A DNA stretch of 64,000 bases from Babesia bigemina. Lineage: Eukaryota. The position numbers were made by a program, and so were the translations under genes. Positions within the stretch are counted from its first letter, which is position 1. Each line of letters begins with the position of its first letter. This document shows positions 38,081 through 49,500 of this stretch, one piece after another. The notes under the pieces are model-generated. The model saw only the letters and a list, made by a program, of their open reading frames with translations. It searched no databases and was not told where the DNA came from. The stretch spans positions 2,232,001-2,296,000 of the forward strand of contig NC_027217.1 of the NCBI RefSeq assembly GCF_000981445.1, in the 5' to 3' direction.

Positions 38081-41000
38081 ATGGCCCGTTATAGCCTGGA
38101 GGAACTGCTCCGTGCTACCGACCTGTCTGATGATAGCGACGCCGAGCCGTCGGACGGCAGCGCCTCCACTCTGCCACTGGGCGGTAGAGCTGCGGTGAAT
38201 TACAATGAAGTACTGAGGTCTTATCTCCAGGATAGAGACAGCGACTGCCTGTCGTTGTCACCGGGTGACAGGAGTCCGATTACGCCCTTTGGCGGTGTGA
38301 AGGGCACAGACACGGGTGCTTGGAACACACCAAAAGGATGCAGCGCCTCCACAGACCTCACCTCAACGTGCGTCAACAGCATATCCAGAGCGACGTCGTT
38401 GACAGTCACTAGGGACACCGGTTCTTTCAGCCCTCCCCGGAGGTCAAACACGTCGCCGTTAAGCGATCGCAAGGAAGAGCAGACAGCCTGCAACGACGCG
38501 GAGCAGCCCAGCAAACCTGAGGATGAGGGAGGCGCCGAACGCGGAGCATCTGCCCAAGGTTCGGAATGCAACTGTGTGGCCAAATACGCTTCCGCCATAA
38601 ACAAACTAACGAAGTCAACGTGCCCCTATTTTACGGCGATTCGCAGCATGATTCTTCAGCAGCTCCAGACGCCCTCCAACATCCACCGACTCGCTCATAT
38701 TTACAACTTGAAAAGCAGCTCTTCGGGCGATATTTTACAACCCTCGGATGATGAGAACGAAGCTGACAGTGACTCCTTCCACGAACCTCTCCCCACCTTA
38801 TATCCGTCGAAAACATGTTTGGATTCTCTGGGGATATCGTTGAAGCGCATGAAGCCCCCGGATAAGCCCGACTTGCTGATTCGCCTCAGGCACAACGTGT
38901 CCATCGCATTGGAGAAGCTGCGGCTGTTCAACGATGACTTCATCAACATCGACGCTGCGAAGGTCAGCACGACCGCGACGTCGCCGCCCAAGTCGTACTC
39001 GCCTTCCTGCATCGCCGTCAGCAACCATGTGTTAGTTGTGGGCACATCCGGCGGTTCTTTGTTGGTCTGCGACATCACCAATCACAGGACCAGGAGGCAG
39101 TTCAGTCCCCACAACGTCGACGTGCAAGACGATGAGGCAGGCTCCGAGGACGAGCTGGTCTGGCAGGAAATTGACCGCCAGAGTGACGCCAGCGTCACAT
39201 GTCTGGATGTGTTGCCGGAATCTAATTGGATATGCGCGGGGTACAGCAACGCGATGGTAAAATTGGTCCAGCTGAACAAGGATGCGGTGAGTGCAAAATC
39301 GGCGGACGCACTCAAGTCAGATTCCGCTGATGGCGCTGCTTCTGCTGATTCGGTACCTCCCAGTCGTGGGTTCGGCCTGATGGCCGGGGCAGTGTCCGCC
39401 CTCGGGGGGTTCAAGAAGTCAGGAGCCCACGTGATTTGCTCGGCGAAGCCGTTCAACGACGCCGTGGCCTTCTGCAAGTTCACGTTGGGAGAGTCGCATG
39501 ACGAGATCTTTTGCGCCAATCGGAACTCCATAGCGCTTTTGACCTACAGCAAGACAGTGCTGTCGCACAACCTGAACGTCACGACGTTGGATGCGTTCTC
39601 CGAGCGCCTGCTGGAGCACGAGGAGATTGTCGACGTGGCATGCCTCTCGTCTAACCCGCAGTCCAAGTTCATCACGGGCGTTCCTATGAGTGGTTTGGTC
39701 GCGCTGGCAACAATTAAGCGCTGCATCGTGATAGCCACGCGCCCCGAACTTTCGATCCTGTTTCGCGTCCCGTTCACCGACCGCCCCAAGGCAGCGCAGG
39801 GCTCCGATTGCACCATACCCAGCATAACGTGGATTATCTTGAACAACAGCGGGGACATAAAGCCGGTGCTGCTCATAGTGCTGAGCTCGCGCATCAGCTT
39901 CACGCTATGCGACCTGTCTGCGGGCAAGCGCGGCGGGCCTCCCGTGTCGTGCAGCCACATTGGATACATCCGCTTCGACCATGCGATCCGCCACGTGTAC
40001 ACAGTGAGCCGCGACATGTTTGCGGTTGTGGACTACAACAACGTCATGCACATACTGCAAGTTAACGTTTTCGACAACGTTATGCATTACGACGTGGTGC
40101 GCTCCTTCGACTTCGCTGAGGCCGGCCTCGCGGAGATTTGGATGGACAGGGTGAACATCTCTCCCACGATAGCGGTGCACGTGAGGACCGTAAAGATGGC
40201 TGCGCATAGCTACAAGAAGTTCTCCGCGCTGGTTTCGGAGATGTTCCAGGGTAAGCGCAACGAGCAGCACTTCGACCTTCGTGTTCTGTCGTTCTACATT
40301 TCAACTAGCCAGGGCATCTGGTCCTCCGAAATCCATTCGTGGATCAAAAGCATCGGCGACCTCACTGCGACGAAGTACTTCGCGAACGCCTTCGCCATAT
40401 CGCTTGGGCTCTGCATCGGCATGCTGCCCGGCCTGCTGGACTACAAGGCCTACGTCGACAACATCCAAAAGTTGATTCTGTATGTGTTGCACCAGTCGTC
40501 GGCGCAGATCATCCGCCTGTCTAAGCTGATGGACACGGCGCAAATGGCCTCCATTGACGACGAGGACAACGGCGGTTGGACCGATAAGGTGAAGGACGAC
40601 ATCAGCACCCAGATCGACACGCTGTGTTGCTGCATGCTCGACATTTGCCTGTGTCTGGGGTTGCACGATTCGCTGAACGACCTCATATACCGCTGCTTCG
40701 CGACAGTTGGCATGCAGCGCGTTTTCGTGAAGTACGTCTTGTTGAATCTGCACGTGGGACGGATAGACCTGACGCGCCTCAAACCTGCCGTATTCGACTC
40801 CATTTTCGAGTTTTACGAGAAGATGCTGGACAACCTGCTGTCAGTTGGTTGCAGCCAGTCCGGGCAGGTAGAGGACTGGTTGGTGTCCCTGTGTGACGAG
40901 GTCGACAATCGTCAGAGAGGGCAATGCCCTAAACAGCTTCCGCGCCAAGCTGCGGCGCCGGATGCCCGTGTCATAGTCTACGGCACACTCTGCAACCAGC

Positions 41001-43711
41001 TTTCCAGGCTCTACATCTTCTGCTCGCGCAACGAGATCCCCTTCGCAAAGGAGAAGGCCATCTGCACGCTGTCTAAGCACTCTCAGTGGCACGCCGTGGT
41101 ACATTGCCCGGAACTGATTGGCGACGACATTGCAGTTGCGCTTGAGATTTTGTATTCCGAGCTGTCCAACCGGGTGGACAAACTGCGAAACGTCGAAGGC
41201 ACTTCGTCGCGCGAACTAAGCGCTTCGCCGTGGGACCAGAGCGAAGGGCTCTTCGTGACCCGCGTATTCTTCTCGTTTGTGAACTCGTTCCTGACCTTTG
41301 CCAACTGCGGCATGCCGCAAGATAACGCGGCGACTAACTTTTGCAAAGTCCTTGGATATCTCACCTCTTCCGCGTCGTTCAAGCCCTCCTTCCCCATCAC
41401 ATCGGATGTTAAACACGCGCGTCCGGAGCTGTCGTTTGAGGATGAGACCGTGGATTTCGACAACATGGACCTTCTGAGTTTCAAGGCGGCGAACGGCAGC
41501 GCATTGGCCTCCCCTGCCCTTCAGCTGTTGATATCAACCTGCCCCAGGCTGTTGTTTGCGTGCCTCATGAACTTGCTGATGGCCCCGGATTCCACTTTCG
41601 AGGCTAAAACCGATCTGCTGGGCACCAAGATCGAAATCTTCAACTTCGTTTTGGAGTCGCTCATAGCCTGCCTTTCGACCCTTGAAGGCTCCCAGTCGAC
41701 GTGCACGGTTCGATGCATGATGTCGATGTTCGTCCTGGGCGTGAGCGCTTTCTCCGACTCGTTCTACATATCGCTGCGAACCCAGGTGGTGGCCATGTAC
41801 ACGCTTCTGACGGAAGTTGGGGACGTAAACCGCGACCCGTTTTTGGACCCCGCGGAGTTGACCAGCGACGAGCTGATCCTCCCCGACGGCAGTTTCAATA
41901 ACGCCTACTACCTGCACTCCTTCTGCAAGAGATCTGACGACCTTTTGGAGAATGTGCGGCAGTTTAACATGTCGAGTTCCACCACGCGCGAGCTTTTGAA
42001 GCTGTACATCCGCCGGAGCCTGGTTGCCATCTATCGCAAGTACGACTGCGAGCCAAGCTGGACGCACAACGTCCACTTCGCCAACATGAAGCGCATATGC
42101 ATGGGCCTGCAGGAATTGGCCGGCGATTTCGACACGAGGCTGTTCCTGTGCGACGTCGCCGCCGACTACGCTAACGCAATTAGAGCATGCGAGTCCGCAG
42201 GGAGCGAGATAGTGTTCAGTTATCTGCGGCAGTGCCTAAATTGCATAAAATCGGGCCCCAACAGCGGCGAATTGCGTGTCAACGAGCTGGTGCTGTCGGA
42301 CCCCGCTGTACAGAAGGAGTTTGTGGCCACGTTGATGGACGCCCTGCCGCGCCTAATCCGAGTGGACATGCAGAGTGCGACGGCGCTGTTGGTGGACACG
42401 CTGTCGGTCTCCAACATGGCCAGCGTGTTCAAAGAAACCGCTTTGCACTCGTCGCAGGACCTGATCATCTCCACCCTCGGCGACTTCCCCGAGCTGAAGA
42501 TGGCGGTGCTGGACGCCCTCCTTGGCATATCGTCACAGGACAGCACAGCAAGCAACGACAAGGAGGCGATCCTCTCCGTCCTTCCAGGCCTGGAGAACTA
42601 CTTCGTCCAGTACCTGAAGCTGCTCTGTGACCACGATCCCAGAGGCGTGTGCCCATTTTTGAAACGGCAACGTAGGCTCGACTTTGGCACCTGCCTGCCA
42701 ATATGCATGTCCGCCAACATCCACGACGCCGTTGCCTACCTTTTCATGAGAGCTGGAGACTTCGAGTCGTCCTCTCGGTGGCTGCTGGACGCTTTCCACG
42801 CCTCCGGTGATGACGTGGAGATGTGCCACCGCCTGATTGGCGACGCGTACGAGCTGTGCCAGGGGTTTTCGGAGTTCACTTCCCACGAGAGCCTGGAGAA
42901 GCTGTGGTTCAGCATCCTGAGGTGCACGGTTGACATCGAGAGTAAGCACGGCGCCGCTAGCACGTTGATCGAAAGGGTGTTCAACGTCGGAATTCTGAAG
43001 TTCACCCGGCTGACGAGGGCCCTGGGGGAGCTTGAGGCATACGAATCCGTCGCCGTCTCCATGTTCAAGCACCCGCTGCGCATGCTGCTCTGCGACGTGG
43101 ACTTTCAGACGTTCGCTGCCAGGGCGTCGTCGACCATGGGCACCACCGTGCTGTGCAACGAGTTCCGGAAGAGCATCGACTGCAACAAGCGTGGAGTGGT
43201 TGTGGAGGGCGGCGCCGAGTTGCGCCGCGATCACGAAATATGCGGCGTCTGCAGACGCAAACTGTGGTCCACTCCGCAGTCGGACACGGGTGGCGGAGAG
43301 GACCCGCCACCCGCCGAGGGCACGCTCCGGGGCGACGCAAGCCCGTCCACCACCGCGGCGAGCAACCTCTCGCCTCTGGAGAAGCATCTGGGCATCATCT
43401 ACACGCTACAGGCGCCTCCAAACAAGCATGCGCCGCACGACAGCGGCAGTCGCGCCTCAAACCTCCACCTGCCGCATTTGTACCAGGACCAGCTGTCGAC
43501 GCTGTTGAGCATGAAGCCGTCCGCTGGCGGCTTGGGCCGCGCCAAGTGGATTACATCCACCTCGGGGCTGTCGTCGGCGATGCCGCCGGAGCTGCGCGCG
43601 CATATCAGGGGCCCCGCCTCGCACAGCACGGTACAGGTGTACTGGTGCGGCCACGTGTTCCACGCCGCTTGCGCGCCCCGTCGTTGCGCCACTTGCAGCG
43701 CCATGGACTAG
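38081..43711 (+). CDS. VPS8: Vps8-like CORVET tethering subunit, ~1876 aa
   Basis: WD40-like N-terminus (SCIAVSNHVLVVGTSGG, VTCLDV), clathrin-repeat-like YLKLLCDHDPRGVCPFL..IHDAVAYLFMRAGD, and a split C-terminal RING (CGVC..CGHVFHAAC..CATC). Confidence 0.75.
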   Translation: MARYSLEELLRATDLSDDSDAEPSDGSASTLPLGGRAAVNYNEVLRSYLQDRDSDCLSLSPGDRSPITPFGGVKGTDTGAWNTPKGCSASTDLTSTCVNSISRATSLTVTRDTGSFSPPRRSNTSPLSDRKEEQTACNDAEQPSKPEDEGGAERGASAQGSECNCVAKYASAINKLTKSTCPYFTAIRSMILQQLQTPSNIHRLAHIYNLKSSSSGDILQPSDDENEADSDSFHEPLPTLYPSKTCLDSLGISLKRMKPPDKPDLLIRLRHNVSIALEKLRLFNDDFINIDAAKVSTTATSPPKSYSPSCIAVSNHVLVVGTSGGSLLVCDITNHRTRRQFSPHNVDVQDDEAGSEDELVWQEIDRQSDASVTCLDVLPESNWICAGYSNAMVKLVQLNKDAVSAKSADALKSDSADGAASADSVPPSRGFGLMAGAVSALGGFKKSGAHVICSAKPFNDAVAFCKFTLGESHDEIFCANRNSIALLTYSKTVLSHNLNVTTLDAFSERLLEHEEIVDVACLSSNPQSKFITGVPMSGLVALATIKRCIVIATRPELSILFRVPFTDRPKAAQGSDCTIPSITWIILNNSGDIKPVLLIVLSSRISFTLCDLSAGKRGGPPVSCSHIGYIRFDHAIRHVYTVSRDMFAVVDYNNVMHILQVNVFDNVMHYDVVRSFDFAEAGLAEIWMDRVNISPTIAVHVRTVKMAAHSYKKFSALVSEMFQGKRNEQHFDLRVLSFYISTSQGIWSSEIHSWIKSIGDLTATKYFANAFAISLGLCIGMLPGLLDYKAYVDNIQKLILYVLHQSSAQIIRLSKLMDTAQMASIDDEDNGGWTDKVKDDISTQIDTLCCCMLDICLCLGLHDSLNDLIYRCFATVGMQRVFVKYVLLNLHVGRIDLTRLKPAVFDSIFEFYEKMLDNLLSVGCSQSGQVEDWLVSLCDEVDNRQRGQCPKQLPRQAAAPDARVIVYGTLCNQLSRLYIFCSRNEIPFAKEKAICTLSKHSQWHAVVHCPELIGDDIAVALEILYSELSNRVDKLRNVEGTSSRELSASPWDQSEGLFVTRVFFSFVNSFLTFANCGMPQDNAATNFCKVLGYLTSSASFKPSFPITSDVKHARPELSFEDETVDFDNMDLLSFKAANGSALASPALQLLISTCPRLLFACLMNLLMAPDSTFEAKTDLLGTKIEIFNFVLESLIACLSTLEGSQSTCTVRCMMSMFVLGVSAFSDSFYISLRTQVVAMYTLLTEVGDVNRDPFLDPAELTSDELILPDGSFNNAYYLHSFCKRSDDLLENVRQFNMSSSTTRELLKLYIRRSLVAIYRKYDCEPSWTHNVHFANMKRICMGLQELAGDFDTRLFLCDVAADYANAIRACESAGSEIVFSYLRQCLNCIKSGPNSGELRVNELVLSDPAVQKEFVATLMDALPRLIRVDMQSATALLVDTLSVSNMASVFKETALHSSQDLIISTLGDFPELKMAVLDALLGISSQDSTASNDKEAILSVLPGLENYFVQYLKLLCDHDPRGVCPFLKRQRRLDFGTCLPICMSANIHDAVAYLFMRAGDFESSSRWLLDAFHASGDDVEMCHRLIGDAYELCQGFSEFTSHESLEKLWFSILRCTVDIESKHGAASTLIERVFNVGILKFTRLTRALGELEAYESVAVSMFKHPLRMLLCDVDFQTFAARASSTMGTTVLCNEFRKSIDCNKRGVVVEGGAELRRDHEICGVCRRKLWSTPQSDTGGGEDPPPAEGTLRGDASPSTTAASNLSPLEKHLGIIYTLQAPPNKHAPHDSGSRASNLHLPHLYQDQLSTLLSMKPSAGGLGRAKWITSTSGLSSAMPPELRAHIRGPASHSTVQVYWCGHVFHAACAPRRCATCSAMD

Positions 43712-43730
43712 CCCATCATATAATTTTCTC

Positions 43731-43857
43731 TGTTAGATATTATTCAGCAGTGTTGGTGCCTCAGGAGGCTAACTGTTAGACATCACTCAGCAGTGTTGGT
43801 GCCTCAGGAGACTAACTGTTAGACATTACTCAGCCGTGTTGGTGCCTCAGGAGGCTA
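43731..43857. repeat. 43-bp tandem repeat, ~3 copies
   Basis: tgttagacatcactcagcagtgttggtgcctcaggaggctaac starts at 43731, 43774 and 43817 with a few substitutions. Confidence 0.92.
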
Positions 43858-44584
43858 TGCAGACCGGGTGGTACCTGGCTGGTGCGTCGATGAAGTAGGT
43901 CTTGCTGGAGCCGCTCCTGCCGAGCTCGGTGTCGTAGCCGTTGAGGCACTCCAGCACGCTCGCCTTCCCGATGTGCCCGTATCTGACGTGTTTGTTGGGC
44001 ACCAAGATTTCCGCGTAGAGGCACACGTTGCACTTCTTGGCGTCGTCACTGATGATGACGGACTTGCATACCAGGTCCATGGGCGCCCTGGCGGCGCCAT
44101 GTTCCGACCTCGCTGACGTGACCATCGCCGGTTCCGGCGTCACACGCGCTTTGGCGTGCTCGATGCGCTTGCCGTACTCCTCGGCGTCCTTCAAGGGGAG
44201 GTATATCTTCCTGGACTTCGGCCCGGCGGCCTCGTGGTGAGTCAGGATGCACTCCGCCACGGTCTTCTGAATATCCTTGTTCGACGGCTGCAGACTCCCC
44301 GACCCCTCGCTTTTGCGGCTGTAGAAGAAGTTGAGCGGGGAGCTCATCGCCGCCTCCGCGCTGTCATCCTGGACAAGTCCGCCGACAAGCACCGCGACAT
44401 CTCCGCCGAACTGGGCGATGAAGCTGTCCGTAGACAGGCCTTCCATGTTAATGTGCGCATCGTCGCTAAGTGCGTACGACGATTCGGCTCCTCTGTGCCT
44501 CGTTTTGGTGCTGAATGCCTCGGCGGCTCGCAGCAAGGCCGCTGCAATCAGTAACAACGGGAACTTCATTGTCTTCTGCATCAA
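43847..44584 (-). CDS. hypothetical protein with signal peptide (secreted or apicoplast-targeted)
   Basis: MKFPLLLIAAALLRAAEAF followed by a short basic stretch; GC3-biased codons. Confidence 0.7.
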   Translation of the reverse strand: MMQKTMKFPLLLIAAALLRAAEAFSTKTRHRGAESSYALSDDAHINMEGLSTDSFIAQFGGDVAVLVGGLVQDDSAEAAMSSPLNFFYSRKSEGSGSLQPSNKDIQKTVAECILTHHEAAGPKSRKIYLPLKDAEEYGKRIEHAKARVTPEPAMVTSARSEHGAARAPMDLVCKSVIISDDAKKCNVCLYAEILVPNKHVRYGHIGKASVLECLNGYDTELGRSGSSKTYFIDAPARYHPVCIAS

Positions 44585-45216
44585 TCTGAGTTGGAAATGG
44601 CCGGAGTATCAATGTGGTGCCGTCAGTGTCGTATCGCCCCGTAATCCTGAGTATGTAGGGGTGCTGCGCGCGGTGGCTTGGCTACGGCCATGTGAATATC
44701 TCGTTACTCCTAATCAGTATGGATTCCTTCCATGTGCAGTCGAGCTACTATTTTTGTCTGTTTACGCATATTGATGCTGTTTTCGCCTGCGATGTGCCGT
44801 TTGAGCCGTTAGTATTTTTTAGATTCGGCAGCAGGTCGCTGCTCGTATGAGTTATCTGTGCCCATGTTAGCTATCACTGCAACCTAACAGCATCTAAAGA
44901 GTTATGTAGAACGTAGCTAAGGTGGAATCGGGAATTATAAACGGCGCAATGCGTATCAACTGCTCGGTGTGTGTTGAGCGTTCATGAGACAACGGCGACC
45001 CGCAAAGCGGATTCCGATTCTTCCGCGCATCACAATACAAACCCACAGCCGCTACACCGCTGCAATAGCTAGCTCGGATCGTCGGCGTACGCTGAGCTCG
45101 CGCTAGTTGTTGCGGACGTGCCGCGACCTTCGGCGGCGCTGCCCACGCCACGGCGCCGCTCGCGCTTTCACTTGATACCCACACCGTCAAATTATTACCA
45201 CAGTGGTGTTAGAGAG

Positions 45217-46264
45217 ATGGCGCAACTGCAAACATTTTTCAGCGGCTGCGCAGCCGTAAACACGCTGGTCCGCCGATTTGCGCGTAACGCTGTCGTTTTG
45301 CAGAGAAACGCCTGCGCTGCGACTTTGGGGGACCGGCACATCGGCTTGCCGGCTTTCGGCGCTCGGCAGCTCCACGCATCGGCGAGGCTTCTGGGTGAGT
45401 CACGGCACGCCCTTGCGGCGCCTAATGCGCCCTCAGAGGTGAAGACGATGATGCTGCCATCGCTGGGCGACTCCATCAGCGAGGGCACCCTGAGCGAGTG
45501 GAAGAAGGCAGTGGGCGACGCGATCGCGATGGACGAGCCGCTGGCCATCGTGGAGACGGACAAGGTCACCGTGGACATCAACAGCACCATGGAGGGGGTG
45601 ATCGTCAAGCAGCACTACGCGGAGGAGGACACCGTGTTCGTGGGCAAGCCCTTCATCGACGTGGACACCGGGGCGCAGGCCGGCAGCGCCGGCGTGCCGG
45701 AGAGCGCGCAGGAAAAGAAGGTGGCGGCCCCGGAGGAAGTGGCCGCCAAAGAGGCGAAAGCCGAGGAGCCGGTCGCCGAGAGCAAGCCGGTGGAGGAAGC
45801 CCCCACCGAAACTAGGGTTGGTGTTTTGCCGTTTATACCTTGACGCAGTCTCAGGTCCAGATGACCCGCATGCGCAAGCGCATCGGCGAGCGGCTCAAGG
45901 AGTCCCAGCAGACCACCGTGATGCTCACCACGTTCAACGAGTGCGACATGGGCGCCATCATGGAGCTGCGCAAGGAGCTCAACGAGTCCGGGAAGTTCCC
46001 CGTGAAGCTGGGGTTCGTCTCGGCCTACCTCAAGGCGGCCACCATGGCGCTGCAGAAGATGCCGATCATGAACTCGTACATCGAGGGCGACGACATCGTC
46101 ACCAAGCACTTCGTGGACATCTCGGTGGCAGTGGCCACCCCCACGGGGCTGGTGGTGCCCGTCATCCGCAACTGCGAGGGCAAGTCGTGGGCCGAGCTCG
46201 AGCAGCAGCTCGCCGACGCGGCCAAGAAGGGCCGCGAGGGCCGCCTGACGGTGGCCGACATGAC

Positions 46265-46297
<33 letters not shown>

Positions 46298-46529
46298 GTA
46301 CGGCAGCGTGCTCAGCACGCCCATCATCAACCCGCCGCAGTCCTCCATCCTGGGCATGCACTCGATCATCAAGCGCTGCGTGGTGCGCGACGACGCCATG
46401 GCGATCCGCCCCATCATGAACCTCGCGCTCTCTTACGACCACCGGCTGATCGACGGCCGCGAGGCCGTGCAGTTCCTCATCGCCATCCGCGAGGCGATCG
46501 AGGACCCCTCGACGCTGCTCGGCAACTGA
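45217..46529 (+). CDS. DLST: dihydrolipoamide succinyltransferase (2-oxoglutarate dehydrogenase E2), 3 exons
   Basis: Mitochondrial presequence, lipoyl motif [31 protein letters not shown] and the catalytic YDHRLIDG. Introns at 45395-45436 and ~45817-45854. Confidence 0.95.
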
Positions 46530-46586
46530 CGCGCATTTAACACAGCAAATTACACTTAACAAATCTTAATGCCGCTGTAACGGCCG

Positions 46587-49500
46587 CTAGACGTGGTTGC
46601 CGACCATCTGGGGCTGCTGGGGCGGCAGCCGGGGCGGCGGCGGGATGGTCCTGACCGTCCGCGCGTAGTAGTGCTGCAGGATCGCGTCCACGTCCGCCGT
46701 GGAGACCGAGTCCAGCGTGCCGGAGAGGCGCACCGACATGATGACCAGCGTCGTCTGGTTGCCCCAGAGCCGCATGTCGTCCAGGCTGGCGAACACGCTG
46801 GTCTGGTCGCCCTCGTCGAGCGCGACGTTTGCGACGGCGCGGTGCCGGCTGCGCGACTTCACCAGCTGCGATAGGGCGGCCACGGCGTCCACCACGGACG
46901 CGGCGTCGCCGGCCGGGTGGTAGTGGCCGGTGCTGATGGCGCTGCGCGGGCCCGCGTGGATGAGGCCGCCGGCAGTGGCGATGCCCAGATCGTTCGGGTA
47001 CCTGCTGCAGCACTGCTGCAGGCACTTGAACTCGGCCAGCGAGATCTCAAGCGGCAGCGAGTTGTCGACGTGCCGGCTCCGCTGGGACTCCGCGTCGCCC
47101 ATCACTGCGACGAAGGTCACCACGCCGTGCTCGAGCAACGCCTTGATGTTGGCCAGCAGCGCCTCGCGCGTCTGCCACCAGATCTTCTGCTCCTGCAGCG
47201 TGATGCGTTCAAACGCCATGAGCAGCTCGTCGTTGCTGAAGGGCGGCTGCGCGTTCTTGAAGGCGGCCATCAGCCCCGGAGCCTTCTGCACCTGGTCGGC
47301 AAGGGAGGCGGTGACGGCGGCGGCGTAGCCGGGCCCGCCGAGGAACCGCTCCAACGCGTCCATCCTGAACGTGACGGGGGCCGAACGTTCTTCTTCGTCC
47401 GCTTCCTGGACCCCGGCGAGCTTCTCCCTCACGACGTGCATCAAAAAGATGAGCGAAGGGTTCTGGTCGCAGATCTTGGCGATGTTCTCGTTCGCCGCCG
47501 AGTAGATGTACAGGCACATCAGCATCGACGTCACGGTCCACTTCTCGTCCGTGGACCCGAACACGCTCCAGGCGTGCTCGACGCATTGGTCGGCCATCTT
47601 CTTCACGAGGTCGCGGACGAACTCCGTAGCCGGCTTGGACTTCATGTTCTCCATGATGCAGATGTTGCCCATCGCGGACAGAATGTAGCACGCCATCGCC
47701 GCTGCCGACAACGGCGCCTGGTCGTACACCGCGTTGATGATGTTCCTGAAGCTGCTAATCAGCCACCCGTTCTTGTTCATGCACCGGATCAGGCACAGCA
47801 GAATGTCGATGCACGTGCGGACCTTGGAGCCCACAGTGATGACGATTTGGTCCCTGGAGGGCGAGCTCACCGGTGGTACAACCAGCGCCAGCTCCCCCTC
47901 AATCACCTTCTGGATGTACCCGCACATCTGCGTGACCATCTCGGAGTCGTTCGACAGCAGGTTGGGCATGTCGACCTTCTGCAAAAAGTCCTGCATCCTG
48001 CCGCTGGGAAGGCCACGCTTCTCCAGAGCCGACCGGTCGACGACGGTCCTGGAGGACGCCACGGCTGCTATAGCGTCGTCGACAAGGGAAGCGATATCAA
48101 CCACTTCAGCCGCCTCCTCGGCGTACGGCTCATCGCGCATTTCCTCAACGACTGTGGCGGAGGCGCTTTCGGCTTCCTCGACGTCGTCATCCTCCTCGTC
48201 ATCATCGTCATCGTCGTCGTCTTCGTCGTCCTCATCCTCATCGTCATCCTTGGCAGGGGCGCCCGAGTCTGGCTGCTTGCCCGCGACGCCCACATCAGTA
48301 ATTTTTTCGACATCCGGCTCGGATGCCAGCGTCTCCTCGGCGGACGGTGCGGTGTCTTCCTGCTGCGACGGCTCCGCCACGCTGCCCTCGGAATCGCTTT
48401 CGACGGGGATGATGGATTTGGAGAAGGTGCTCTTCTTGTTTGAGGGGATCGCGGTTTTGGTCACTTTCTTCTTTTTCTTCTTCTTACCCAGCTTCTGGGG
48501 GTCTTCAACAGCCTTGGGGAGCGGCTCGATGGAGTCCACCTTGGCCTTGCCGGGGTCCACAATGTCGTCCACGTGCACCGCCGGCGGGAGGTACTCCAGC
48601 GCCTCGAGCTCCTCAATCTCGCGCAGGGTGTGCAAAAACGCGGTCGTCTCCCTGAGCTTCAGAGTGGCCGGCGAGTCGGTGAGCCTCTTGACCTGCGCGA
48701 TGATGATATCGCCGGTCCGCTTGTTGATCTTCCGTATTGCGCAGCTCCAGCGGCGCACGTTCTGCACCGTCCTCACGCTGCACTCCTCCAAAATCTGGTA
48801 CTTCTCAATGTCCTCCTTCTCGTTGGGCGCCAGCTTGGGCAACATGCCCGTTTCCCTCACCAGCGGCAGGAGCCAGTCGAAGATGTAGTGCTGCAGCTGC
48901 TTCTTGGCGTCGCAAATCACCGCGCCGTAGCATATCAGGTCGACGGAGTCGGAGCACATCCACTTGAACAGCAGCAACGGGTAGTCGGTGTCGTCGGTGA
49001 GCGGGAACGGCGTCGAGGGGGTGCTGCACAGGGATAGCGGCGCGCCCACGATGAGCACCACCAGGTCCGGCGTCTTGGGGTTCACCTGCTTCTTAGTGCC
49101 GTCGACGTACTGCGACAGCTCGGAGTCGGGGTGCATGAACGTGAATCGGCGTCTGCCCCTTCTGATGGGGTTGTTGTTGTCCGGCCTCAGGGCATACAGC
49201 ACGAAGCAATCGCGAGGCAGAGCCTTCCAGCGCATGTTCAAGGTGCACTCGTACTCGTCGGAATCGCAGCGGCCGCCGCAGATGCACTTGGCGCTGCCTT
49301 TGGCCTTCTTGCCCTTGCTGGCCTGGACGAACACACTGTCCACGTCAGCCGGCACCTGCTGCTGCAGGAGCCTTCGCAGACCCCAGTACAGATGCTCGAC
49401 CTTGACGGGGACCTTCTTGCCCGTTTTGGGGCTCACGTACTCATGGTACACCAGCAGCCGCTTCGTGGGCACCAGCTTCTCCTCCGACGCGAAGCCCTCG

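Noticed and set aside
43731..43857. CRISPR-like array
   Set aside because: The units are head-to-tail with no unique spacers, there are no cas genes, and the context is eukaryotic.
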